A stretch of DNA of 64,000 nucleotides from an uncultured delta proteobacterium (GTDB taxonomy: Bacteria; Desulfobacterota; RBG-13-43-22): NCBI GenBank assembly GCA_963843145.1, contig CAWJJC010000023.1, positions 82,700-146,699 of the forward strand, in the 5' to 3' direction. Below the pieces are notes generated by a model. The model had not been told where the DNA came from. It saw only the letters and a list, made by a program, of their open reading frames with translations, and searched no databases. Both the position numbers and the translations under genes were made by a program. Positions 10,779-21,043 of this stretch are shown here, in pieces. Each line of letters starts with the position of its first letter. The first letter of the stretch is position 1.

Positions 10779-11716
10779 TCCTTGGCCGGTTTCAGCTTAC
10801 CTTCCCCCCAGCCCAGAACTCCGTCGGGCAGGAAGAAGATGACCAGCATGAAGATGATCCCGAGCACAAGTGCCCAGTAGCCCGTGTAGGTACTCACGAA
10901 GGTCCTGATGCCCACTATCAGGGAGGCCCCAAGCATGGGTCCCAGGAAGGTGAGCCATCCTCCGAGGAGGCACATAATGACCGTTTCCATGGAGAGGGTC
11001 CAAAAGAGCATATCGGGAAAAGCCGTATTGTCCACCACGACGAAGAGGGTCCCGGCCACCCCGGCAAAAAAGGCCACGATCACCAGGGTCAGGAGTTTAT
11101 GTCCTCGGACGTTGATGCCGATCATGGCCGACCTGACGGGGTTGTCCCGGATGCCCTGGAGGGCGCTGCCGAAGGGTGATTTCAAGATACGGTACATGGC
11201 CGTCATGGATAGAGCGGTGACCACGAGGGTAAAGTAATAGGCCCCTATGCCGGTAGAGATGATGTCGGGCACGGTAATGCCGTGGAGGCCGTCATCTCCG
11301 CCGGTAAAGGAGTACCAGCGGTAGACGACGACCCAGACCAGGGAGCCCAGCGAGATCTGCAGCATACCGAAGTAGAGTTTGGAGAGACGGATACAGATCA
11401 CCCCCATGATGAGGCCCAGGAACGCCGCCACCAGGGGCCCCACGACGAAACCCAGCCAAGGCGAGAAGCCTGTTTTGAGGATCATCAGGGCCGTCCCATA
11501 AGCGCCAATCCCATAAAAGACGGCATGATGGAGCTGGTAGATCCCTCCGAAACCCAGGGCCAGGTTGTTGCTGGTGGCCAGTAACCCGTAAAGGAGCATG
11601 ACCGAAAACAGATAGACGTAAAACCTGGGCAGAAAAAAAGGAACCAGACACAAAAAGGCCAGTCCGACGATCAATCCGATTTTTCCTTTTATGCTGAACA
11701 GACCTTGTGTGGCCAT
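10775..11716 (-). CDS. livM: Branched-chain amino acid ABC permease (LivM-like)
   Basis: Polytopic membrane protein with TGGDDG, SPFG...IRDN and PDG motifs. Confidence 0.9.
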   Translation of the reverse strand: MATQGLFSIKGKIGLIVGLAFLCLVPFFLPRFYVYLFSVMLLYGLLATSNNLALGFGGIYQLHHAVFYGIGAYGTALMILKTGFSPWLGFVVGPLVAAFLGLIMGVICIRLSKLYFGMLQISLGSLVWVVVYRWYSFTGGDDGLHGITVPDIISTGIGAYYFTLVVTALSMTAMYRILKSPFGSALQGIRDNPVRSAMIGINVRGHKLLTLVIVAFFAGVAGTLFVVVDNTAFPDMLFWTLSMETVIMCLLGGWLTFLGPMLGASLIVGIRTFVSTYTGYWALVLGIIFMLVIFFLPDGVLGWGEGKLKPAKE

Positions 11717-11729
11717 AGAGGGGCTCCTC

Positions 11730-12632
11730 CTACCAGGTTGACTTGAGTAATCCCGTGGGCCTGAGCAGGAGCACGACGACCACTGCCAGATAGGGGAAGA
11801 TGATGCCGAACTTGGGCCAGATCAGGATGCCCAGGGATTGGGTCAGTCCGAAGATGAGGGCCCCCAGGAGGGCCCCCCAGATGTTGCCCAGGCCACCCAT
11901 GATGACGATCAGGAAGGCCTCGATGATGAGCGTATGGTCCATCCCCAGGGTAACGCTTACCGTGGGGGCCACCAGGACCCCGCCCAAGCCGGCCAGAAAG
12001 CAGCCGATGACGAAGACTATTGCAAATATCCAGCTCACGTTGATACCAACGGCCCCGACCATCTCCCGGTCCACCGCGGCCGCCCGGGCGATCTTACCCA
12101 ACTTGGTTTTGTTGACCATGAGCCAGAGGGACACGGCGATGATGGGGCCGGCGACCAGGAGAAAGATATTGTACCTAGGGAAAGGAAGCCCCCCGAAAAG
12201 AGGCACGGCCCCCTGGAAGACCCGGGGGACGGGTACGGACTTGTACTCGCCCCCCCAGACCATTTTTACCAGGTCTCCGAAGACCAGGGAGAAGGCAAAG
12301 GTGAGCAGGATGAGCATCAGGTGTTCCCGCTCGTAGAGGAACTGGAAGATCCCCCGCTCAGACAGGAAGCTGATGAAGGCCACCGCCAGGGGTGCCAGGA
12401 GGAGGGCCATCCAGAAGCCAAAGCTCCCGCCGCCGAAGACCTTCGATACCGTGAAGGCCACAAAGGCGCCGATCATGTAGAGCGAACCATGGGCCACATT
12501 CGGTATCCGAAGTACTCCCAGGATGAGGCTCAGGCCTGATGAGACGATGAAAAGGATCGTCGTCCGGCTGAGGCCCACAAAGATCTGGCAGAGCACCGCC
12601 GGCGGGCATAGGGCATAAACAAGGTCCATCAC
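11730..12632 (-). CDS. livH: Branched-chain amino acid ABC permease (LivH-like)
   Basis: GLSLILG...NVAHG, TKLGK..RA and RPTGL motifs. Confidence 0.9.
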   Translation of the reverse strand: MMDLVYALCPPAVLCQIFVGLSRTTILFIVSSGLSLILGVLRIPNVAHGSLYMIGAFVAFTVSKVFGGGSFGFWMALLLAPLAVAFISFLSERGIFQFLYEREHLMLILLTFAFSLVFGDLVKMVWGGEYKSVPVPRVFQGAVPLFGGLPFPRYNIFLLVAGPIIAVSLWLMVNKTKLGKIARAAAVDREMVGAVGINVSWIFAIVFVIGCFLAGLGGVLVAPTVSVTLGMDHTLIIEAFLIVIMGGLGNIWGALLGALIFGLTQSLGILIWPKFGIIFPYLAVVVVLLLRPTGLLKSTW

Positions 12633-12655
12633 AGCACTCCCTGAACAGGTCCGGT

Positions 12656-13873
12656 TTAGGGCTTTCTCTGCTTCAAGATCTCGTCGCAGGTCGGCATATA
12701 GTCCTTGGCCGGTATGACCTGGGTATCCCCTGAGACGAGGAAAGGATATTTGGGGTCCTTTTTGGTGATGCCCCAGTACATGGGCAGCTCGAGCTGATGG
12801 TCACAGGCCCGGATGGTCAAGGGACCCACGGGTGAATCAAGGGTCATGCCCTCAAGGGCCTTGATGAAGGCCTCTTTATCCACCTTTCCGGCCTTTTTGA
12901 AACCTTCGGCGATGAACTCGGCCGTCATGTAACCGATCAGGGCCGTGGCCTTGGGATATCGCTTATAGGCCATATAGAACTCATCGGCAAAGGCCTTATT
13001 GGCCGGGGTATTGGGATAATAAAAGAGATACTGACTGGTCCCATAGACCCCTTCAGGGGCATTCAAACCCTGGGGCATCAGGGTTCCCAGTTCGGTGGCC
13101 GTGTGTTGATAGAAGGGCAGCTTCTGATTCAATCCCGTGGCCTTGGCCGCTTTCTGGAAGTTGACCATACCACCGCCGCCTGTGGCCACGATCAGGAAAT
13201 CGGGTTTGGCCGCCAGGATCTGGGTGATATAAGGGGTGAAATCAGCCTCCCCCACCTTCCACCAGGACTGTCCGAGGAGCTGGACCCCCGGTTTTAGTTT
13301 TTTCAGGTCGTTCCAGATGGCGTCTGCAATGGCGTGGCCGTACTCGTAGTCATCCCCACAGATCCAGTATTTGGTGTAGGGTTTTCTGGAAAGAGCCAGG
13401 GCTGTAGCCCGGCCGGCCATCTCGGTATTTTCATTCATATTGAAGACGTAACGGTGCCCCTTCTCCCCGATGATCTTCTCACTCTTGGCATAGGTGACGA
13501 AGAAGGGGATCTTCTCCTTTTTGGCCAAGTCCGATATGGCCAGGGCTGTGGCGCTGTTGATGGTCCCCACGAGAATATCGACGTTCTCTTTCATGACCAG
13601 TTCTTTGGCCATGGACAACCCGATATCGGGTTTGAACTTTTCATCCCGCGTGGTGTAGACGATCTTCCGGCCCAGGACCCCGCCTTTGGCATTGATCTTC
13701 TCCACGGCCAGCTTGAAGGCGTCAAGCATATCCTGGGTGTAAGCCGTGGCCGGACCCGTATAGGTGTCTACAATGCCCACCTTGATCGTGTCGGCGGCCT
13801 GGGAGGCCGGGCAAAAAAGAAAACCGGCGGCCAGGAAACTCACAAAAACTAAAAATACGAACAACCTTTTCAT
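12656..13873 (-). CDS. Liv-type ABC substrate-binding protein
   Basis: Signal peptide, IKVG, INAKGGVLGR and DYEYG motifs. Confidence 0.9.
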   Translation of the reverse strand: MKRLFVFLVFVSFLAAGFLFCPASQAADTIKVGIVDTYTGPATAYTQDMLDAFKLAVEKINAKGGVLGRKIVYTTRDEKFKPDIGLSMAKELVMKENVDILVGTINSATALAISDLAKKEKIPFFVTYAKSEKIIGEKGHRYVFNMNENTEMAGRATALALSRKPYTKYWICGDDYEYGHAIADAIWNDLKKLKPGVQLLGQSWWKVGEADFTPYITQILAAKPDFLIVATGGGGMVNFQKAAKATGLNQKLPFYQHTATELGTLMPQGLNAPEGVYGTSQYLFYYPNTPANKAFADEFYMAYKRYPKATALIGYMTAEFIAEGFKKAGKVDKEAFIKALEGMTLDSPVGPLTIRACDHQLELPMYWGITKKDPKYPFLVSGDTQVIPAKDYMPTCDEILKQRKP

Positions 13874-14000
13874 ACTAGTCCTCCTCTTCTCTATTTTCCC
13901 CGACGATTCTTTCCTTGGGGTGGAAATAGATTACCATATCAAACCATGGGTTGACCATCAGACCCTTTTGACTTTTTCGGAAAAAAGCTTGATAAATGAC

Positions 14001-15800
14001 TTACAACGGCACCTCGACCACTACCTGGGTCCCGATCTCCGGGCTTGACTTGACCCGAAAGGTCCCTCCCACGGCCAAGGCCCTTTCTTTCATGGTCATC
14101 ATTCCCCATCCCCCCTTGTCTTCCGAATGGGCGGCCAAGGCGGTGTCATAACCGATGCCGTTATCTTCCACCGAAAGGGTAACCTTCCCTTTCGTAACAC
14201 TTACGGTAACGACCACCGCCTCGGCCTTGGCATGCTTGACCACATTGGTCAAAGCCTCCTGGACGATCCGGAACAGGGCGTTTTCAACCGGCGGGGCAAA
14301 GCGAAGGTCAGGATCCCGGCCCCGGACCGTAATCCCAATGCCCGTCCTGGCGCCCCATTGCTTGGCATAAAGATCCAAAGCGGCCACCAGCCCGTAATCG
14401 TCAAGCACGGGGGACCTCAGGTCGCTCATCAGGTTCCGGACCCTCTCGGTGGTCTGTTTCACCAGGGTGATCGAATCGGTGATCCTTAATTGGACCAGCG
14501 AGGGTGTGTCCCGGGGGATCAGTGACTTGAATAGGTTCAGGTTGACACCCAAGATGGTCAGGTTTTGCCCTATTTGATCGTGCAACTCCCTGGATACGGC
14601 CTTCCGTCCCTTCTCTTCCGTTTCGGAGAGTCGCCAACCCAACCCGCGGAGCTGTTCCTGAGAAGCCTTCAAGGCTGTTTCTGTCCGTCTCCGAAACTGT
14701 ATGTTAATCAGGAGGACCGAGATAACCGCCAGTAAGGCGGCGCTAACGGCCAGGGCCGCGATGATAAGCTTCTTATGCCTTTGATAAAGGGTTTTCGGAT
14801 AATTCAGGACAATACTCTCGGCCGGCAATTGGTTCATTCCGATTTTAAACCGTTTGAGTTGATCGTAATCGAACATGGTCCGCTTGGGGGCTGTCCTTTC
14901 CACCGGAATATTGCGGACCCGGCCTCCCCGAAGTATCCGTAAGGCCTGCTTTCCGGCGGCCTTTCCCTGGGAATAACCGGTGGTCATTACACCGCCGACG
15001 ATGCCATGGCCGAGGTTGAAATCCCAGGGGCTGTAGATGGGCGCCGGTGAATTGCGGGAGAGGAGAGAAATGATCTCATCGTAGTCGAATTTCCGGCCCA
15101 CTTTGTCCTGGCTAAAAACGCCGTAAAGAATGACGCTTTGCGGCGGCAGGGCTCCCAGGACCTGAAAGATCTCCTTGGTATCCACGTCCTCCATTAAAAC
15201 AAACCGGATCGATCTCCCGAAGAGAGGGCTGATTCTTAGGAACTCTTCGTGGAGAGGGTATCCCCTGGTGGTCCACTCATTGATGAACACTATGTGCCGC
15301 GTCCGGGGATGCAGTTTCAGAATAAGGTCCATGTTGGCCTTCAGGTCGGCCTCCATGTTTACACCGGTGAAGTTACTGGCCTCCTTCAGCTCAGGTTCCC
15401 CGGCAACGTTGACGCCGGAGAAGACCACCGGGGTTCCCGGAAAAAGTCGGTCCCGGTATTTCAGCATAAACCGTAAGGCATTGGCGTCGGTGACACAGAT
15501 GCAATCGAATTTCAAACCTCGGTATTTGATCTGGTAGACGCGCAGCAGATCCCCGAAGGCCCGTTCGTAATGCATCCGTGCGGTATCCATGTACTCAACG
15601 TAGATCTGGTTCGGTCCTATGGCCTCTTTCAGGGCAGCCACAATGCCGGCATTCTGATCGTCGGTCCATTTGTAGCCTCGGTGAAAGGAGTGCAGGACAA
15701 ACACCTTTTGTAAAGGATTTTCTACGGCCAGGAGGGGAGAGACCAGGGAGGAAAAACCCAAGATGAAAATCAGGATCAGACTGCGACATAACCGGGGCAT
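14001..15800 (-). CDS. Membrane sensor histidine kinase (periplasmic ABC-substrate-binding-like domain plus HisKA_3/HATPase)
   Basis: Probable start MPRLCR with signal peptide, TM helix, RELHDQIGQ, QEALTNVVKHA and DNGIG motifs. Confidence 0.88.
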   Translation of the reverse strand: MPRLCRSLILIFILGFSSLVSPLLAVENPLQKVFVLHSFHRGYKWTDDQNAGIVAALKEAIGPNQIYVEYMDTARMHYERAFGDLLRVYQIKYRGLKFDCICVTDANALRFMLKYRDRLFPGTPVVFSGVNVAGEPELKEASNFTGVNMEADLKANMDLILKLHPRTRHIVFINEWTTRGYPLHEEFLRISPLFGRSIRFVLMEDVDTKEIFQVLGALPPQSVILYGVFSQDKVGRKFDYDEIISLLSRNSPAPIYSPWDFNLGHGIVGGVMTTGYSQGKAAGKQALRILRGGRVRNIPVERTAPKRTMFDYDQLKRFKIGMNQLPAESIVLNYPKTLYQRHKKLIIAALAVSAALLAVISVLLINIQFRRRTETALKASQEQLRGLGWRLSETEEKGRKAVSRELHDQIGQNLTILGVNLNLFKSLIPRDTPSLVQLRITDSITLVKQTTERVRNLMSDLRSPVLDDYGLVAALDLYAKQWGARTGIGITVRGRDPDLRFAPPVENALFRIVQEALTNVVKHAKAEAVVVTVSVTKGKVTLSVEDNGIGYDTALAAHSEDKGGWGMMTMKERALAVGGTFRVKSSPEIGTQVVVEVPL

Positions 15801-15810
15801 GGGGCCCTTC

Positions 15811-16476
15811 CTACTCCAGGGAGGTAAGCCCGTGCTGAATGGCAAATTTTACCAAGGCTGGGAGATCGTTTAAGCCCAGTTTCTGCATCAGGTGGCTCCG
15901 GTAGGTCTCCACGGTCTTCGGGGAAAGGAAGAGGCGTTCGGCAATCCTGACGTTGGATTTGCCTTCCACCAGGAGTTGGAGGATCTCCCGCTCCCGGGCG
16001 CTGAGGCTTGCCAAGGGCCCTTGGGTCTCGGCCATCTTCCGGTGACGCACATAGTCCCCCACGATGTTCTCAGAAATTTCGCTACAGAGAAAGATCTGCC
16101 CACAGTGGACCGTCCTGACGGCCTTTATCAGGTCCTCACCGGCCGACTCCTTGAGGATGTATCCCCTAGCCCCGGCCTTAAGGGCATCGAATATGTGCTG
16201 AGAGGTAGAGTACATGGAGAGGATGATCACCCTTACCCCGGGACAATCTCGGCATATCTGCCGGGTGGCTTCCACGCCGTTCAATTCCGGCATGGCGATG
16301 TCCATGAGAGCAATATGAGGGGAAAGTTTCACCACCTGCCTAACCGCTTCGCGTCCGTTATCGGCCTCGCCGATCACCTGGATATCGGGCTGGGTCTCCA
16401 GGAGCAGACGAAATCCTTCCCGCACAATCCGGTGATCGTCCGCCAGGAATACCTTGATGCTCACCACATTCGCCAT
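15811..16476 (-). CDS. NarL/LuxR-family response regulator
   Basis: LADDH...MDIAMP receiver and LSAREREIL...SPKTVETYR HTH. Confidence 0.93.
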   Translation of the reverse strand: MANVVSIKVFLADDHRIVREGFRLLLETQPDIQVIGEADNGREAVRQVVKLSPHIALMDIAMPELNGVEATRQICRDCPGVRVIILSMYSTSQHIFDALKAGARGYILKESAGEDLIKAVRTVHCGQIFLCSEISENIVGDYVRHRKMAETQGPLASLSAREREILQLLVEGKSNVRIAERLFLSPKTVETYRSHLMQKLGLNDLPALVKFAIQHGLTSLE

Positions 16477-16699
16477 AGCAGGCCTTGGAAGATTATAAAG
16501 GCAGTAGGCCGAACCCTGGAACTTACCATACCGCTGGTTCCTGCTCCGTTCCCGGTTTCGACGCAGGGCGTCGGCAATTGAAAATTATTCATAATAGTAC
16601 CTCCTTAAATTACAATAAGGAGGCTTATCGCCATGGGTAAAAAATTATGGTTCATTCCTTTTAAGATGTCAATCAGGAATGGAATGAGATCGATAGACT

Positions 16700-18288
16700 T
16701 CAGGTAAGGTCGGCTTCCATGCTCTGGTGGGGCTTGCCCCGGTAATCGAAGGCCTGTCCGACCGGTTTCCAGCCCAAGCGGGCAAAAAAGGGGATGTTTT
16801 CATCCTGAATCCGGGCGGTAAAGGTAGTGCAGCCTTTTCGCTTCACGGCGACCGCCTCTTGCACCAGGCGCTCCCCGGCGCCCTGAGGCGGAAGTCTTTT
16901 TGGATGGCCACCGGCCCCCGACCCTCGCCATTCTTTTGGATGGCCAACCTCCCACCGATCCAATGACCGTTTCCATCTACCGGGAAGACCCGCACCGTGC
17001 CGATAATTTGCCCCTCCATCTCAGCGATCAGATGGGTGCTTTTCCAATCGTTTTCGTCGGCATCCGTTTCCTGAAAGAGCCGCTGCTCGTCCACAAACAC
17101 CTGGTGACGAATTGCCGTCGCCCAGGTTAACTCCCGGCGGGTCCGGGAAGGGTGGCAGACGATTCGTTCGACCGGCTGTTCGTAAAAAGGCAGGGCCGAA
17201 CAGGCCCCGCAGCGGACACAGCCGGCCAAATTCTTTTTCGAGGACAGCCCTTTTCTGCTTAAAATCTCCGCCACCTTTTCGTAGATTTCCGTCATGATCC
17301 CGTGATCCGGAGGTAACGCTTTTTCCATTGCTGATCCGGGGATCGGCCGGAGTGGAACCACAAAAGGGAAGACCCCCAGATCGGCCAACCGCTCGCTGCC
17401 CTGGATGATCGAATCCTGCTCCTCACCCAGGCCGACGATCAGGAAACTGCTGACCTGATTGGGGCCGAAAAGCTCCACCGCCTCCTTCCAGGCCTTTACA
17501 TACCTTGACCGGCCGAAAGCCGCCTTAGCCGGAGCCAGGCGTTTCAGGACCTCCTGGTCAAAACTTTCAATATGAAGGCCGATCGTATCCACCCCCGCCG
17601 TCTTTAATAAAAGCAGGGCCTCCGGATCCGAGGGGGGAAGGCATTGGGCCTGAACGGGTAAGCCGGTTGTCTGTTTGATAGCGGCTGCGCAACGGGACAG
17701 GAGCTGAACCTCATCCCCCGGTAAAGACGCCGCTCCGGTGGTGAGGACCACCTGACGGATCCCGTCCAGTTCCTTGGCCTTCCGGGCCACTTCGGCTACC
17801 TGGTCCGGGGTTTTGCTGGGGAGTGTGGATTGGTTCCGAAGAGAAACCGCTATTCCACAAAAACGGCACTGCTGCTGGAATTGCCAGTGGTCGCAGGTCT
17901 GCAACACTGTCGTGGCCAGGCAATCCCGGCCATGGAGCAAAGCGATTTTCTTATAGGGGACCCCTTCCTGAGTTTGGAGGTCATAAAAGGCCGGAGGCGA
18001 AACCGGTTCTACCGTGCTTCTAAATTCTCCATTTTTGAAGATCCCATATCTATTTCCCGTGCGCTTCAAGGTATAGGGAGAATGAGGAACGTAATATCCG
18101 CTGACCGGAATCGAAACCGCCCGCCCTTGGATGACGAGGGTCCCCCCTTCAGCAGGACCGGCCCCGCCATTCCGTTGCAGGAGTCCCTCCTGGATCCGCA
18201 GACCTAGGCTTTGCAGTTCGGTAACCAGGCGCTGCGTGACCTTGGAATTTATTTCTGATTTCTCGGTGACCAAAAAAATTCTTCCCAA
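16700..18288 (-). CDS. MSMEG_0568-family radical SAM protein fused to an MSMEG_0567/Sll0786-type GNAT acetyltransferase (frameshift near 16885)
   Basis: KIALLHG.DCLATTVLQTC with Cx8CxxC, VSSFLIVGLGE and GCVRCGACS. Then IRHQVFVDEQ...GTVR...GGRLA, continuing into GAGERLV...FFARLGW in ORF 16700..16963. Confidence 0.85.
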
Positions 18289-18318
18289 AGTTCAACTGTT
18301 TAATTTAACATCCCATTT

Positions 18319-19101
18319 TCATTGATTCCCGGCCCTCTCTCTTATCAGGGATCTTTGATCTTTGAGCAGATTAAGGATGGTCCGGCGCAGGGTATTGAAT
18401 TCCGGATCGGTTCGATCCCGGGGCCGGGGCGATTCCACCTTCAATATGGTTTCAACCCGGGCCGGCCGAGGAGTCAGCACCACGATCTGATCGCTCAAGA
18501 AAACCGCCTCATCCACGTTGTGGGTGACAAAAAGGATCGTTTCCCCCCTTTTCTGCCAGATAGACAGAAGAAATTCCTGCATATCGTTCCGGGTCTGGCT
18601 GTCCAGGGAGGCAAAGGGTTCGTCCATGAGGACCACCCGCGGATTCATGATCAGGGTCCGGGCAATGGCCACCCGCTGTTGCATGCCGCCGGATAATTCC
18701 CGCGGATAATGGTGTTCAAAACCGGAAAGGCCGAAGATAGACAAGTACTTCCCGGCCAATCGTTCCCGGTCCGCTTTAACGATACCCTGCATCTCCAAAC
18801 CGAACTGGATATTCTCCAGGGTAGTCCTCCAGGGGAAAAGGGCATATTCCTGAAAGACCAGTCCGATGCCCTCGGTCCCGGGAAGAAGTTCCCGGTCATT
18901 CAGCACGACCTTTCCCGAAGTGGCTTTCTCCAGGCCGGACAATATTTTCAAGAGGGTCGTCTTCCCACAGCCGCTGGAACCAATAAAAGAAATAAACTGA
19001 CCGGACTCAAAACAGCAGGAAAGGTCCTGGAGTACCGGGATGGTTTCCCCCGGGTTCTTTCCCGGATAGCTTTTGGTAAGTTTACTCAGCGCTAAAGACA
19101 A
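18319..19101 (-). CDS. NitT/TauT-family ABC transporter ATPase
   Basis: GSSGCGKTT, LSGGMQQR, MDEPF and VTHNVDEA motifs. Confidence 0.93.
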   Translation of the reverse strand: MSLALSKLTKSYPGKNPGETIPVLQDLSCCFESGQFISFIGSSGCGKTTLLKILSGLEKATSGKVVLNDRELLPGTEGIGLVFQEYALFPWRTTLENIQFGLEMQGIVKADRERLAGKYLSIFGLSGFEHHYPRELSGGMQQRVAIARTLIMNPRVVLMDEPFASLDSQTRNDMQEFLLSIWQKRGETILFVTHNVDEAVFLSDQIVVLTPRPARVETILKVESPRPRDRTDPEFNTLRRTILNLLKDQRSLIRERAGNQ

Positions 19102-19112
19102 AAGAAGACCTT

Positions 19113-19913
19113 TTACTTCCAGGGAATCATTTTGGCCTCAAGCTGCCGGAGACCCACATCAATCAGCAGTCCGATCAACCCGATGACCAGCATACCGGCC
19201 AGAATCTCGTCCGAGCGCTGGATGTCCCGGGCGGTCATGATCATGTACCCCAATCCGTAGCCCTCCCGGACACCGGTGAACTCCGCGGCCACCAGGGTCA
19301 TCCAGCCGATCCCGATACCGATCCGCAACCCCACAAAAATGGAGGGAACGGAGCCGGGCAGGAGCACCTGGAGAAAGATATTCCGTTCCCTGGCCTGCAG
19401 GGTCCGGGCCGCCTCCACCAGGGTGGGGTTGATGGACAACACCCCGGAGATGGTATTCAGGAGAATAGGGAAAAAGGCACCCAGGAAAATGATGAAGGCC
19501 GCGGCCTGAATGCCGATGCCAAACCAGAGGATCGCAATGGGAATCCAGGCCAAAGGGGGGATGGGCCGGATTAGTTCGATCACCGGCCTGACCAGACCCC
19601 TGACCTTTTCAGACCAGCCCAAAACCAGCCCGAGGGGGATAGCGAGCACCACGGCGGCCAGGTAACCCCATCCGACGCGGTATAAACTATACAACACATG
19701 ATTATGCAACAGATGCCCGGGAGGCATGCCCTCCAGGACGAGTTCCTTTAATCCGGCCAGGATTTCCAGGGGAGCGGGGAGCTTGAACCGGGGGACAATC
19801 TCCAGCATGGAGACCAATTGCCAAAGGATGATCAACCCCAGAGGTAATACAAATTTTTCATATTTCATGGCTGCGGAACTCGTAATAAGCGACCCACCCA
19901 CCTTGAAATCCAA
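19113..19913 (-). CDS. NitT/TauT-family ABC permease
   Basis: RPIPPLAWIP, EAARTL and LVAAE motifs. Confidence 0.92.
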   Translation of the reverse strand: MDFKVGGSLITSSAAMKYEKFVLPLGLIILWQLVSMLEIVPRFKLPAPLEILAGLKELVLEGMPPGHLLHNHVLYSLYRVGWGYLAAVVLAIPLGLVLGWSEKVRGLVRPVIELIRPIPPLAWIPIAILWFGIGIQAAAFIIFLGAFFPILLNTISGVLSINPTLVEAARTLQARERNIFLQVLLPGSVPSIFVGLRIGIGIGWMTLVAAEFTGVREGYGLGYMIMTARDIQRSDEILAGMLVIGLIGLLIDVGLRQLEAKMIPWK

Positions 19914-19951
19914 AATTGGAAAAACATTTTACCTCATCCCGGATTAATGTC

Positions 19952-20027
19952 TGGTCCCCGGCGTTCGCCGGGGTGACGACCTTTAGCAGGCTCTCTTTGA
20001 CCGTCATTCCGGCGAAAGCCGGAATCC
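19952..20027. repeat. Pair of REP-like palindromic units (GTCATTCCGGCGAAAGCCGGAATCC type)
   Basis: Hairpins TGGTCCCCGGCGTTCGCCGGGGTGAC (19952-19977) and GTCATTCCGGCGAAAGCCGGAATCC (20003-20027) lie between the SBP and permease genes. Confidence 0.7.
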
Positions 20028-20065
20028 GATATGTCGTTTCTACGACGAGACCCTTAATAAATAGG

Positions 20066-21037
20066 CTACTTCTTCAAGACTTCCGCCAGGATCTCCTGGT
20101 TTAGAAATTCCCGAACGAAAGCCTGAGGGTTCTCCACCTTGATGTATTTCATCTGCGAGAGAAAATCCACGTATTCTTTTTCCCCCTCCACGCTGAGCTG
20201 ATAGGTATAGCGGACATTTTTTAAGGCCAAGGCAATGGTTTTCTCATCCAGTCCGGTGTATTTGACCCCTATTTTGACGGCCTCCTCCGGGTTCTGTCGA
20301 ATAAAATCCGTGGCCTTCACATGGGCCCGGACAAGTTTTTTTGCTGAGTCGGGCTGGGTCGCCAGAAATCTGGCCTCCACCGCTAGCACGCAGCAAGGAT
20401 GGTCCTTCCAGATGTCCCGGGAATAGGCCAGCACCCGGCCCACCCCCATGGTCTGGGCCTTGGCCGGAAAAGGTTCCCAGGCGATAAAGGCCTCCACCTG
20501 GTCGGTGCGCAGGGCCCCGATCATTTCCGGAGGCTTGATCACCAGGGTCTTGACTGACATTGTATCCATGTTGTTGTTAAGCAATGCTTTTTTGAATAGA
20601 AAGTCCTGGACCGTGGCGTGTCCGGGGATAGCCACGCTTTTCCCCGCCAGGTCCCTCACCTTTTGATAGGGGGAATCCTTTTTGACCACCAGGGCCGAAC
20701 CCTCGACATTGACCTGGGCCAGGACCACCACCCTGGCGGCCTTGTTGGCCACCGCTGTGGTAGCCGGCGCCTCACCCACATAGCCCGCGTCCAGGGCCCC
20801 GGCGGCAAAGGCGCTCATCAGTTCCGGACCGGCCTTGAAGATCCCGGCCACTTGGACATCCAATCCTTCCCGAGCATAAAATCCTTTCTCCAAAGCCACC
20901 CAGCAGGGCAGGTGGTGGATATCATTTTGGAGATAGGCTATACGGATCGGCTTTTTATCGGCGCCTTCGGGTATCCCCTGAATCAGCAACATGAAAAACA
21001 ACGCCGCCAAGCCCATGAAAGGTTTCTTCAGTTTCAT
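20066..21037 (-). CDS. NitT/TauT-family ABC substrate-binding protein
   Basis: Signal peptide, IRIAY, VALEKGFY, WEPF and HPCC motifs. In an operon with the permease and ATPase. Confidence 0.9.
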   Translation of the reverse strand: MKLKKPFMGLAALFFMLLIQGIPEGADKKPIRIAYLQNDIHHLPCWVALEKGFYAREGLDVQVAGIFKAGPELMSAFAAGALDAGYVGEAPATTAVANKAARVVVLAQVNVEGSALVVKKDSPYQKVRDLAGKSVAIPGHATVQDFLFKKALLNNNMDTMSVKTLVIKPPEMIGALRTDQVEAFIAWEPFPAKAQTMGVGRVLAYSRDIWKDHPCCVLAVEARFLATQPDSAKKLVRAHVKATDFIRQNPEEAVKIGVKYTGLDEKTIALALKNVRYTYQLSVEGEKEYVDFLSQMKYIKVENPQAFVREFLNQEILAEVLKK

Positions 21038-21043
21038 AGCAAG

